Positions 1 to 7,810 of a stretch of DNA of 64,000 nt are shown here, piece by piece. A program made the translations under genes and the position numbers. The notes beneath the pieces were generated by a model, which was not told where the DNA came from, searched no databases, and saw only the letters and a program-made list of their open reading frames with translations. Numbering within the stretch: position 1 is the stretch's first letter; the number at the start of each line of letters is the position of its first letter. Origin of the DNA: a virus (taxonomy: Duplodnaviria > Caudoviricetes); the IMG/VR virus record IMGVR_UViG_3300046474_000147, positions 1,437 through 65,436 of that record; one strand, written 5' to 3'.

Positions 1-171
1 GAGCTGGTACTTCTGCAACTCTGCTTTGGCGGTCGCGGTAATGCGCTGCGCCAGGCCAGGCTCGTACACCATGAAGCGGCGGTCGTTGTTATCGACCGGC
101 AGAGCGTCGCGGTGGCCGGACATGAAGTGGAAGTGACGGTACGGAACGTCAAGGTTGCGCAGGATCTTCAC
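1..171 (-). CDS. Partial ORF running off the window edge, containing an SF3-helicase motif-C-like segment
   Basis: GTG at 171 after AGGGAGG, overlapping the TGA of 168..401; 57 open codons MKILRNLDVPYRHFHFMSGHRDALPVDNNDRRFMVYEPG...; not in the ORF track. Confidence 0.6.
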   Translation of the reverse strand, partial: MKILRNLDVPYRHFHFMSGHRDALPVDNNDRRFMVYEPGLAQRITATAKAELQKYQL

Positions 172-401
172 AATGCCCTCCCTTTCGCGGTGAGTTTGAA
201 CATGGCGTTGCCGTTGATCTGGCGCTCCGTGCGCTCGATGATTCCCCGGCTCTCAAGGGCGAACACGGTGGCGGTGACGTTCTTGACGGCGGTAGTGGAT
301 GGCGACAGGAACGCGTACGAGTGCAGGCCGCTCATCCAGTGCAGCTTGTAGCCGTTTTTGAGCAGACCCACGAGAGTCTGCTGTGCGGGCGAGAGCTTCA
401 T
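168..401 (-). CDS. Small winged-HTH-like protein
   Basis: 77 aa; VFALESRGIIER...FKLTAKGRAL resembles a wHTH recognition helix and wing; overlaps its neighbours by 4 nt. Confidence 0.6.
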   Translation of the reverse strand: MKLSPAQQTLVGLLKNGYKLHWMSGLHSYAFLSPSTTAVKNVTATVFALESRGIIERTERQINGNAMFKLTAKGRAL

Positions 402-610
402 GCTCCGTTCTCCGTCTCGGTGCGCTGCGACTGCTTGCTCAACGCCTCTGCGTCGCGGTGAATCTGTTGCAGCGCCACGGCCACTTCGTTCAGGCGGTGC
501 AGCAGCGGGATTCGACCGGCCAGGGCCAGGTTGGCGGCCATGCCGACCGCGTTCATTGCGAGATCGACGGCATCGGCGCAGGCCGTCGCGGTGGTGTAGG
601 GTTTGGTCAT
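398..610 (-). CDS. Hypothetical protein
   Basis: 70 aa ORF tightly packed in the leftward operon. Confidence 0.55.
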   Translation of the reverse strand: MTKPYTTATACADAVDLAMNAVGMAANLALAGRIPLLHRLNEVAVALQQIHRDAEALSKQSQRTETENGA

Positions 611-611
611 G

Positions 612-1223
612 TTAAACGCTCCATCCAGGGACGTTGATACGAACCAGCGTGCGCTGGCAGTCGAAAGGCACTGGCAGGCTGTCGTGCAGCATGGTCACGT
701 TGCCAGCGTAGGTGCGGCCCGCCAGCATCGGGATCTCGCGCAGGCCGGACAGGTCGATGTGTGCGCAGTCGCCGCCGACGCCAGGCTGGCCGGTGAACTC
801 GCCCTCGAACGCGCGTGCCGCTTGCACGCTTGACGCGAGCAGCAGACCTTCGTGCTCGATGTAGTCCGCGTTCGCCCACGAGTCAGCGCCGCTCAGGTGA
901 CGCCCGCCACCATGCGCCGACTTGCCGATGTGCGATCCGGTGCCGCCATGAGCACGTACTGCCGGATTCCAGTAGCCGTCGATGTGGACGCCGGGGCGAC
1001 GGTGCGACACGCCAGCGCGCACAACACCCTGGTCGATCATGATGTACAGCGGGCCGTCAGCGTCCACGCCATCGAGCATCGCATCGACGGTGGGCTGCCA
1101 GCGCGCCAGGTCGAACGGCAGGCCGTCAGCCTTGCGGAACTGGCGCATGTACACGCGCTCGCCAGTGAACGCGGGGAAGGCGACATCGCCGCGCTGCTGC
1201 ACTACAGATTGGAAGGTTTTCAT
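612..1223 (-). CDS. Putative Fe(II)/2-oxoglutarate oxygenase-fold protein
   Basis: ATG at 1223 after ACGGAGAAGA; RRPGVHIDG (HxD), distal LHDSLP and RTLVRI match the HxD...H...R pattern. Confidence 0.6.
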   Translation of the reverse strand: MKTFQSVVQQRGDVAFPAFTGERVYMRQFRKADGLPFDLARWQPTVDAMLDGVDADGPLYIMIDQGVVRAGVSHRRPGVHIDGYWNPAVRAHGGTGSHIGKSAHGGGRHLSGADSWANADYIEHEGLLLASSVQAARAFEGEFTGQPGVGGDCAHIDLSGLREIPMLAGRTYAGNVTMLHDSLPVPFDCQRTLVRINVPGWSV

Positions 1224-1261
1224 GTTGTTCTCTTCTCCGTTAAAAAGAGTGATGTCGTGGT

Positions 1262-1621
1262 TTAAGCGTTGCGGGTGACGACCGCGACGAGGTACACGCC
1301 GGACTTGAGCGCGATGTCGCTGATCTCGATGCTGTACTGCGAGCCCGGTACGCGGCGCTTGGCCTGGTTCACGGACGACTGCACGGCGTTGCGCAGCTTC
1401 TCGCTCAGTTCCGGCTTCTGCGCCGTGAGTTGTTCGATGGTGAGGTTCGGGTTGAGCGCCATCACCTTCGCGGCCGGGTCGCCGCCGACGAGAAGATCCG
1501 CGACGACGGACGAGAAGGATGCGCTGCGAGTGCGTGCCGGTTTCGACACGTCCGGCTCGGGACACATCATCGCTGCTGCTACTTTTGCTACTGCTGCCGG
1601 TGCTGGTTGTTTCGTTGCCAT
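1262..1621 (-). CDS. Hypothetical protein
   Basis: 119 aa, RBS AACTAGGA, phage-typical codon use. Confidence 0.75.
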   Translation of the reverse strand: MATKQPAPAAVAKVAAAMMCPEPDVSKPARTRSASFSSVVADLLVGGDPAAKVMALNPNLTIEQLTAQKPELSEKLRNAVQSSVNQAKRRVPGSQYSIEISDIALKSGVYLVAVVTRNA

Positions 1622-1648
1622 GTTCAGTTCCTAGTTCGGTTGGTTGAT

Positions 1649-1915
1649 TTATCGGTAGTAGGTGATGCCGTCGTCGCACGCCCATCCGGTCTTGTCCGGT
1701 GTGGTCGCGATGCCGACGACCGGGTTGCCCTTAGAGTCCATGCTGAGCGTGTTGAACGTGTCACCTGAGATCTTCGCGACAACCCGGCACTTGTGGGCCA
1801 CCTTGAATTGCTGCCACTCTTTCTCTTCCTTGATCTCGATATAGATAGCCACGCCGATCAGTGCCGCGAGCGTCGAGAAGATCGCAAGGCCGACTGCTGC
1901 TTCAAATCTGTCCAT
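1649..1915 (-). CDS. Small membrane-anchored protein, first gene of the leftward operon
   Basis: 88 aa, N-terminal hydrophobic helix, Cys pair, RBS GGGGAG. Confidence 0.7.
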   Translation of the reverse strand: MDRFEAAVGLAIFSTLAALIGVAIYIEIKEEKEWQQFKVAHKCRVVAKISGDTFNTLSMDSKGNPVVGIATTPDKTGWACDDGITYYR

Positions 1916-1935
1916 CCCCTACTCCCCTGTTTGGT

Positions 1936-1948
1936 TATTCATTGAATA
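1936..1948. promoter_or_regulatory. Palindrome B, TATTCA-T-TGAATA
   Basis: Same dyad as 18913..18925; lies between promoter P-left and its first gene. Confidence 0.5.
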
Positions 1949-1961
1949 GCTGTTGAGTCCG

Positions 1962-1991
1962 ATTATGAACGACAAGGATTTTCCATGTCAA
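1962..1991 (-). promoter_or_regulatory. Sigma70 promoter P-left containing operator A (1971..1989)
   Basis: Minus strand TTGACA-18-CATAAT with an A/T-rich UP-like tract upstream; embeds GACAAGGATTTTCCATGTC. Confidence 0.8.
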
Positions 1992-2341
1992 CTCCATTTT
2001 TCAAATTTCGATTTTTAATTTTTATTTTGGTTGCGGGCTCGCGACGGCAGGGTAGGGGGTCGGTTCGCCGCGCCGAATTCGATTTTTTGGAACAGGCTAG
2101 GGTTCTCAAGTAAGCCGGACGCGGCGTCGCGCGCAACCGAATTCGCGTACCGTTCCGATGAGTCGCCCTGGTGCTCGCGGCGTGGCCGCCGTAGCGCAAA
2201 TTCGAGGTGATCGGTGGATGGTGCGGATCGGGCTGACCCTGGCCGGGCTTGCCGCTGGCGCACTTGGCCGCCCGGTGGGCGTGTCGCGCTGCCTGGCCGC
2301 GTTCACTATTGCGCCGGATATGCGCTCAGTGTGAAAAAGTG

Positions 2342-2371
2342 TTGACAAGGAAAAACCGTGTCGCTTACTAT
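2342..2371 (+). promoter_or_regulatory. Sigma70 promoter P-right containing operator A (2344..2362)
   Basis: TTGACA-18-TACTAT; embeds GACAAGGAAAAACCGTGTC. Confidence 0.8.
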
Positions 2372-2425
2372 GCAATCTCTGGCGCAAGTCAGAGCTAAAA
2401 CAGACCACTTTCAAAGGGTGACAAC

Positions 2426-2902
2426 ATGGAAAGCAACATCGCATATAACGGCATGCCGCTATCGGATGCAATGCAACGCCAGCGCGAACGCCTGTTCGCT
2501 CGCATGACGCACTACGCTGAGAACGGCGCTTACAGTGCGCTTGTGACGAAAGAGACCGGCCTGCAAGGCGTGTTCTGGATGATCGTGATTCGCAAGGGTT
2601 CCGAAGTGATTGCAAAAGACATTCACTACGCCGGACCCGATCACGCGCAGCGCCGCGCCGATCAAATGCTGTCCGCCAGTGTGCCGCGCGACGTGCGCCG
2701 CACCGATACCCCTCACGATCATTGGAACTGCCCGCACCATATGGCGGTTTTTGGCTATCACGTTGGGATTGATGGCTGGACCTACATCATGGATGACTTC
2801 GGCAACGCTATGGAAGTTAATGCGCTCCTGGCCGAACAGAATTTCATCTTTCACGATGGCACGAATGAAGGCTATTCGCGCTACGTTCCCGCGATCCTGT
2901 AA
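2426..2902 (+). CDS. Hypothetical early protein
   Basis: 158 aa, first ORF after P-right, RBS AAGGG. Confidence 0.75.
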   Translation: MESNIAYNGMPLSDAMQRQRERLFARMTHYAENGAYSALVTKETGLQGVFWMIVIRKGSEVIAKDIHYAGPDHAQRRADQMLSASVPRDVRRTDTPHDHWNCPHHMAVFGYHVGIDGWTYIMDDFGNAMEVNALLAEQNFIFHDGTNEGYSRYVPAIL

Positions 2903-2908
2903 CCCATC

Positions 2909-3043
2909 ATGGCTCACACCGATAACCCCATCAACATGCGCGCCTGGTATTTCCGCCTGGCGGACCTGGCCGCGCCATTCCTGATCGGCCTTGCTTCCGC
3001 CGTCGCCCTGGTGGCGACTGTCAACCTTGTAACCACGTTCTAA
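2909..3043 (+). CDS. Small hydrophobic peptide (44 aa)
   Basis: MAHTDNPINMRAWYFRLADLAAPFLIGLASAVALVATVNLVTTF; fills the gap between two ORFs; below the track cutoff. Confidence 0.5.
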   Translation: MAHTDNPINMRAWYFRLADLAAPFLIGLASAVALVATVNLVTTF

Positions 3044-3062
3044 CCCTGAGAGGATCAACAAC

Positions 3063-3959
3063 ATGAAACGAGTTCTAGACAACAACGCCCAGGTGGCGCA
3101 CTACTTCGCCAACAACGTACAAACGGAAGGTACGGGCTCCAATTTCTTTTTCCGTAATGGCAAACTGTACAGCTACGGACTGCACTTCTGCATTGCTCGC
3201 CGCTTGCCGAACGATGTTTTCGTGTTCACTACGCGCACCTACAGCACCTCAACATCAAAGCACCTCATGTATGCGCGCGCCGCGTTGAATCACAAGCGCA
3301 AGGTGTATTGCTACGATCCAAGCGCGACGGCGGCCAGTAACAAAGAAGCGGCGCAAATCGCAATCAATGCCGAACTGGTCGCCAGTGAAACTAAGGCGCG
3401 CATTCGTCAAACTACGCGCGACGCACACAAGGCCCGCGCGTTGATCCTGGCCGAACAATTTAACGAATACCTTGCCGCACTGCCGGAAGATGAACGCGCC
3501 AATGTCGTGCCGTTCGATGTGTCGGGCCTGGATGAAATGCGCGCGGCCATGCAGCGCGAAGAGGCGCGCAAGCGCGAAGAGGCGCGCAAGCGCGAAGAGG
3601 CGGCGCAAGAGGCGGCGCGCGAATATATGGACGACTGGCGCAACGATCCAACGATGCGGACTCAAGGCATGTTTTCGTTGCCGCCAGTGTTGCGATTGAA
3701 TGGCGGCGTTATCCAGACTTCACACGGCGCAGAAATTCCCGTTGCCGATGCGCGCGCACTGTGGCCTGTAATTCTTAGCGTGAAAGCGGGCGAACGCACT
3801 AGCGAAGATGCCGCGCGCCTGGTGCGCCGCCTGGGCGTCTATACCTTGAACGAGATTCGCGCCGATGGTTCTATCAAGGTAGGTTGCCATGACATCGCAT
3901 GGTGCGAGATTGAGCGCATGGCTGTTGTTCTTGGCCTGGCCGATGAGGTGCAAGCATGA
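3063..3959 (+). CDS. Hypothetical early phage protein
   Basis: 298 aa, RBS GAGAGGA; LYSYGLHF and IQTSHGAEIP...VGCHDI blocks. Confidence 0.8.
   Translation: MKRVLDNNAQVAHYFANNVQTEGTGSNFFFRNGKLYSYGLHFCIARRLPNDVFVFTTRTYSTSTSKHLMYARAALNHKRKVYCYDPSATAASNKEAAQIAINAELVASETKARIRQTTRDAHKARALILAEQFNEYLAALPEDERANVVPFDVSGLDEMRAAMQREEARKREEARKREEAAQEAAREYMDDWRNDPTMRTQGMFSLPPVLRLNGGVIQTSHGAEIPVADARALWPVILSVKAGERTSEDAARLVRRLGVYTLNEIRADGSIKVGCHDIAWCEIERMAVVLGLADEVQA
3554..3608 (+). repeat. 18-bp in-frame tandem repeat (REEARK, about 3 copies)
   Basis: GCGCGAAGAGGCGCGCAA twice plus a degenerate third copy. Confidence 0.85.
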
Positions 3960-4351
3960 ACCGCAAACACACCATCGCAATGTCCGCATTGCATCGCATC
4001 GCCAACCTGGCGTTCCCTGCGCTGAATGATCTTGTGATGACTGCGCGCACTGCCATTGAGGAAATCAAGGCAACGAAGGAATTCCGCATTACTGCGCGCA
4101 CTTGGTATGGCAAAAACGGCGGTGAATTTCGCGCCGAACTGTGCGACGTTGAAAGCGGCAACAAGTTGATTACCGTATCGGGCACGACGCGGGGAAGTGA
4201 TGCGTGGTCCTATGCGATGCGCGACGCCATGCACGCACAAAGGCCCGATCTGTTCCCCGATCACGAAAAAGGCCATCCGACGATTTACTTCCGCGATGTG
4301 TGCAACGTGGATTACGAACACACGGAAGTTCAACGCAAGCGCGATTTGTAA
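3956..4351 (+). CDS. Hypothetical protein
   Basis: 131 aa, ATGA overlap with the upstream gene. Confidence 0.75.
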   Translation: MNRKHTIAMSALHRIANLAFPALNDLVMTARTAIEEIKATKEFRITARTWYGKNGGEFRAELCDVESGNKLITVSGTTRGSDAWSYAMRDAMHAQRPDLFPDHEKGHPTIYFRDVCNVDYEHTEVQRKRDL

Positions 4352-4371
4352 TAAATCGTTTATACCGTTTT
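4352..4371. repeat. 20-bp motif C copy, inverted relative to 5888..5907
   Basis: TAAATCGTTTATACCGTTTT; 19/20 identical to the reverse complement of 5888..5907. Confidence 0.8.
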
Positions 4372-4403
4372 TAAAACAAGCCATCATTTAAGAGGTGTAA
4401 ATC

Positions 4404-5081
4404 ATGAGCAAAGCGATTCCGTTCTATCTGCGCATTGAACCGCGCATCACTTCCGGCGCACGCCTGGCGCACTTGCGCGCACTGGCCGCGAACGAACATA
4501 AGCAGGACTGGCGCGCGGCGCGCGCCTGGAATCTCGGAAACTGGTATGCCGCATACGGCAATTTGTCGCAAGGTTCGCGGACGGACGGCAAAACGTCGCG
4601 CGCAATCTGGTATTCCCACATGGGTCCGCACTTCCGCAATGAACAGTTCGCAGATGAGATTGACGGCGCGCGCATCGGACACACTGGATGGTTTTCCGAC
4701 AGCGATCAACGCGCCACCTTTCGCGGCATTGTTTGCAATCTGTCGCATGGCCGCTTTATCGCTGGATACTATTGGAGCGACAACGGCGAACGCGTGTACT
4801 TTGATCGTGTCTTTGACGATGCCGTTGAAGCGGCGCGGTATGCCGATGGCGAAGCGGAAAGCATAGCGGAAAGCGAGCGCGAATATGATGAAAGATGGCA
4901 AGCGGCGCATAGGCTGAATGATGAGATTGACGATCACAAAACGCGCGCCTCCGAACTGTTCGCGCTTCGGAACATGGTGCAGTTCAAAGGTACGGCGCGC
5001 GATGAACTGCGCGAAGTGCTGGACGATATCCGCGCCAAGCGTGAACGCCTGGCGGACGAATTCAAAGACATCGAAATTTGA
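4404..5081 (+). CDS. Hypothetical protein
   Basis: 225 aa, RBS GAGGTG. Confidence 0.75.
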   Translation: MSKAIPFYLRIEPRITSGARLAHLRALAANEHKQDWRAARAWNLGNWYAAYGNLSQGSRTDGKTSRAIWYSHMGPHFRNEQFADEIDGARIGHTGWFSDSDQRATFRGIVCNLSHGRFIAGYYWSDNGERVYFDRVFDDAVEAARYADGEAESIAESEREYDERWQAAHRLNDEIDDHKTRASELFALRNMVQFKGTARDELREVLDDIRAKRERLADEFKDIEI

Positions 5082-5094
5082 AGAGGTGGCCGCG

Positions 5095-5418
5095 ATGGAA
5101 ATTAAATACGTGTGGGACTTCAACAAGGCGCTTGCGGACGGCGCGCATGTGTGGCCTGGCGGTTATCCGCTTTACTTTGTGACGGCGGACGGCGGCGCGC
5201 TTTCGTTCGCATCCGCACAAGAGAACGCGGCGCAAATTCGAGACGCCATCATCCAGAACGACACGCATGGCGGATGGTGCGTTATCGGCGTAGAGGTTAA
5301 TTGGGAAGATGGCGAACTGTATTGCGACCATAGCGGCGAACGCATCGAAAGCGCGTACGCTGAACCCAATGACGAGTGCCAACATGATGATTCCAACGAA
5401 GAGGACAGCAATGATTAA
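5095..5418 (+). CDS. Hypothetical phage protein (WPGGYPLY...NWED...LYCD type)
   Basis: ATG at 5095 after GAGGTG; 107 aa. Confidence 0.75.
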   Translation: MEIKYVWDFNKALADGAHVWPGGYPLYFVTADGGALSFASAQENAAQIRDAIIQNDTHGGWCVIGVEVNWEDGELYCDHSGERIESAYAEPNDECQHDDSNEEDSND

Positions 5419-5899
5419 CATTCCAGAGACTATGCCGCATGATTCCGCGTTCGCGCCATCTTGCAACGTAGGCCCGAATCATCAAGGCCGCATTTCCGCT
5501 AGAAGTGCGCGCGCACTGTGCGGCATGTATCCCATGCCCGCGCCTGGTAGCGAAACCGTTGTCGCTGGCCGTGGTAGCGCTGCGCTGTACGTGGCAAACA
5601 TGAGTAGCGCGTACGTGTTGCTTTCCTATTCCGTGCCAGTGGCCGATTGGCCGCAAGTGTTCGGCGTCATGCTCAAGCGCCACGCCAGAAAGAACGCAAG
5701 GCAGTTGGCCGAACAGTTGCGCCGCCTGGCCGCAAATCAGACTATCAGCGCGGACGATTACGCGGCATTGCGCAATCATGAATCCAGCACGAACAACGAC
5801 CGAGACGCCATGCAGCGCACGATGTATGGCCGCGCGTTACCCGAAGATGCCGCGCGCCTGGAAAGCTTGGCGCAAGAACTCGAACGCAAAACCGTATAA
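5411..5899 (+). CDS. Hypothetical protein
   Basis: ATG at 5411 after GAGGA; 162 aa. Confidence 0.7.
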   Translation: MINIPETMPHDSAFAPSCNVGPNHQGRISARSARALCGMYPMPAPGSETVVAGRGSAALYVANMSSAYVLLSYSVPVADWPQVFGVMLKRHARKNARQLAEQLRRLAANQTISADDYAALRNHESSTNNDRDAMQRTMYGRALPEDAARLESLAQELERKTV

Positions 5900-5907
5900 A
5901 CGATTTA
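5888..5907. repeat. 20-bp motif C copy
   Basis: AAAACCGTATAAACGATTTA, an imperfect dyad AAACCGT-ATAA-ACGATTT. Confidence 0.8.
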
Positions 5908-5922
5908 GAGGATTTGAAAATC

Positions 5923-6144
5923 ATGGACACCAAACAGAAAAAAGACTTCATCAACTCGCTGATTACCGCCGTGCAAAACGAGCTCATTGCGAAAGTCGAT
6001 AAGATGCCCGCCGATTGGGATGGGATCGAACTGCGCCAACTCATTGCCGACAAGTTCGCGGAATGCGTCATTGAGCGCACCATGCCGAAGCGTAGCGCAC
6101 GCATGAAGGCATACCGCAACACCGTCATTGTTGAAAACCTCTAA
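5923..6144 (+). CDS. Hypothetical protein
   Basis: ATG at 5923 after AGAGGA; 73 aa. Confidence 0.7.
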   Translation: MDTKQKKDFINSLITAVQNELIAKVDKMPADWDGIELRQLIADKFAECVIERTMPKRSARMKAYRNTVIVENL

Positions 6145-6160
6145 CGCGAGAACCTACATC

Positions 6161-6502
6161 ATGCGCAACGTTCAAAACCTTAAACACTTCCGCACGATTG
6201 ACGGCGCGACGCGTAGAACCGCAATGCGTGCGCACCTGGCGCAGCATGAGCAAATTGATTTTCGCGCCGATCCTCACGCGCTATCGTTCGCGCAGCAATG
6301 CGCGCTTGCCGACATGGCGAAAGCGGTATCCTGGCGCAAGGGTATTGCGTCGTCGTTGTCTCTTGGCCTGGCGTTCTTCGTGTACCTGGCGCGCGATGTG
6401 ACAAACGGCCATGCGCCGCGCAAGTACGCCCAGGGGGCCGCGCCTGTTGTTATCCGCAAAGCGCGCCGTTCGTTCTTCGTTCCGTGCGAGGTGTCAGCAT
6501 GA
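6161..6502 (+). CDS. Hypothetical protein
   Basis: ATG at 6161; 113 aa. Confidence 0.6.
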   Translation: MRNVQNLKHFRTIDGATRRTAMRAHLAQHEQIDFRADPHALSFAQQCALADMAKAVSWRKGIASSLSLGLAFFVYLARDVTNGHAPRKYAQGAAPVVIRKARRSFFVPCEVSA

Positions 6503-6726
6503 TTATGTTTGTTGTGTTCGTGCGCTTGGTTCTCATGCTTGCGGCCGTCGCGTTCGCCGTGTTCGGCGGACTGTTGCTGGCGCTCTTAGGTGACACACAT
6601 CGGGCAACGGGTCTTGTTATCTTTTGCGGTTTCACGGCATGGATGGCAAGGCCGGATAACGAAGAGTTGCACGCGTTCGCAGAGTTCCAAAAGCAACGCG
6701 CCGCGCGTCTCAACGTCAAACTGTGA
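6499..6726 (+). CDS. Small membrane protein with two predicted TM helices
   Basis: ATGA overlap, RBS GAGGTG; 75 aa, hydrophobic. Confidence 0.65.
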   Translation: MIMFVVFVRLVLMLAAVAFAVFGGLLLALLGDTHRATGLVIFCGFTAWMARPDNEELHAFAEFQKQRAARLNVKL

Positions 6727-6734
6727 GGAACGAC

Positions 6735-6881
6735 ATGGGCAAATCTCTTGATGTGTTAATCGCCATGCTGTGCGGCCTGGCCGCCTGCTATGTGCTCGCG
6801 CTTATCGGCGCGTTGGATTGGTACGACCTAGGCCGCGATGCGCAACGCCTGGCCGCCTGGATCGTGTCCGCACTAGACTGA
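6735..6881 (+). CDS. Small membrane peptide (48 aa)
   Basis: RBS GAGGA; MGKSLDVLIAMLCGLAACYVLALIGALDWYDLGRDAQRLAAWIVSALD. Confidence 0.6.
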   Translation: MGKSLDVLIAMLCGLAACYVLALIGALDWYDLGRDAQRLAAWIVSALD

Positions 6882-6900
6882 CCCCCGCTCCACCTCTACA

Positions 6901-7272
6901 CCTGGCCGCCTTGTGCGGCCTTTTCTTTTTGCGCGCCGACTGGTGCGCGTCCTGGCCTGGTGTCCACCTGGCCGCATTCACTCCCCCGATTCGTCTCTCG
7001 TGTGTACGTGTACGCGTATGCGCACGCCTGGCCGCTTGCCTGGTGGCGGCCTGGCCTGGTGTCGCCCTGGCGTGTGTTCGTGCGCCTGGTGGCCGCTTGG
7101 TGCGCCCTGGCCGCATTCCCTGGTGGCCGCCTGGCCTGGTCTAGCTCATCCTGGCCGCCTGGCCGTGTTCCCTTGTGTTGTGAATGCCTCTCAGGCTTGC
7201 ATAGCGGGCCTACAGCGCACGAACGGGCCTAGGTTGGTGTCCGCCTAGCCTGGTGACGGCTGCGCGGCCTGG
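6901..7272 (+). repeat. Strand-polarised CCTGG / CCTGGCCGC array, non-coding
   Basis: 18 CCTGG counted on the + strand and no CCAGG in the same span. Confidence 0.8.
6904..6930 (+). terminator. Intrinsic terminator of the rightward early cluster
   Basis: GGCCGC-CTTGT-GCGGCC followed by TTTTCTTTTT. Confidence 0.8.
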
Positions 7273-7320
7273 CGGGCCTATATGCGACAAGGTACTTCCC
7301 CGCGTCGATTGGGTGCCGGG

Positions 7321-7332
7321 GGGCCGTGGAGC
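7321..7332. other. Candidate cosN 12-nt cohesive end, GGGCCGTGGAGC
   Basis: Non-coding, G-rich, followed by CGCG as in lambda cos; gpA-type terminase present; R-like repeats follow. Confidence 0.45.
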
Positions 7333-7420
7333 CGCGTGTCCCGCGATTTTGTCGAAATCGTCATAGCACCAAGTTGTTGAACACTTTTTGCAGCGTTTCC
7401 GGCCACGGTTGGTGGCGGCT

Positions 7421-7597
7421 TGATCTCTATGATCCCAAAAACCGGGGGTTCGCTACTCTCTGTATTTTCAATTTTTTTTATTTTTTCTCGCTACACGTAG
7501 TCAAACTAAAGGAAATAGAGATCATAGAGATCAGAAGTACCAGTTTTGCCTGAATTTTGAGCAAATTTCGACGTTTTTGCTCTCTAATGATCTCTAT
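7421..7597. repeat. cosB-like R elements, TGATCTCTAT x4
   Basis: 7421(+), 7515(-), 7524(-), 7588(+), with an A/T tract between the first two. Confidence 0.65.
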
Positions 7598-7690
7598 TCG
7601 GTGGGGTTTTCTGTTCGATGACGCTGCGGATTTTTCACGTCAAGCCGCGCTGGAAGTGGTCGGTCACGAGCGATTCGCGGATCTGCGGAC

Positions 7691-7717
7691 AAAAAAATGC
7701 CCGGCGCGAGGCCGGGC
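7691..7717 (-). terminator. Intrinsic terminator after the methyltransferase
   Basis: Minus strand GCCCGGC-CTCGC-GCCGGGC-ATTTTTTT. Confidence 0.8.
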
Positions 7718-7810
7718 GAGTGGGTTGATGGAAGTGAACGCGCCGGAATCCGAAACCGCCGCGTTCGATGACACTATGCCGCGATCAGGCGGACTCAGCT
7801 TTGCGAAAAA

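Noticed and set aside
1992-2341. tRNA or known structured RNA in the divergent promoter gap
   Set aside because: No cloverleaf or T-loop consensus; only short AATTCG repeats and A/T tracts
6901-7272. CCTGG array or the 9-bp array as a CRISPR array
   Set aside because: No constant-length repeats with unique spacers; the DUF2800 Cas4-like gene is a standard replication-block nuclease
6770-7553. ORFs 6770..7144, 6802..7116, 6913..7248, 6960..7232 and 7326..7553
   Set aside because: Low-complexity translations of the repeat and cos region, crossing a terminator, with no RBS
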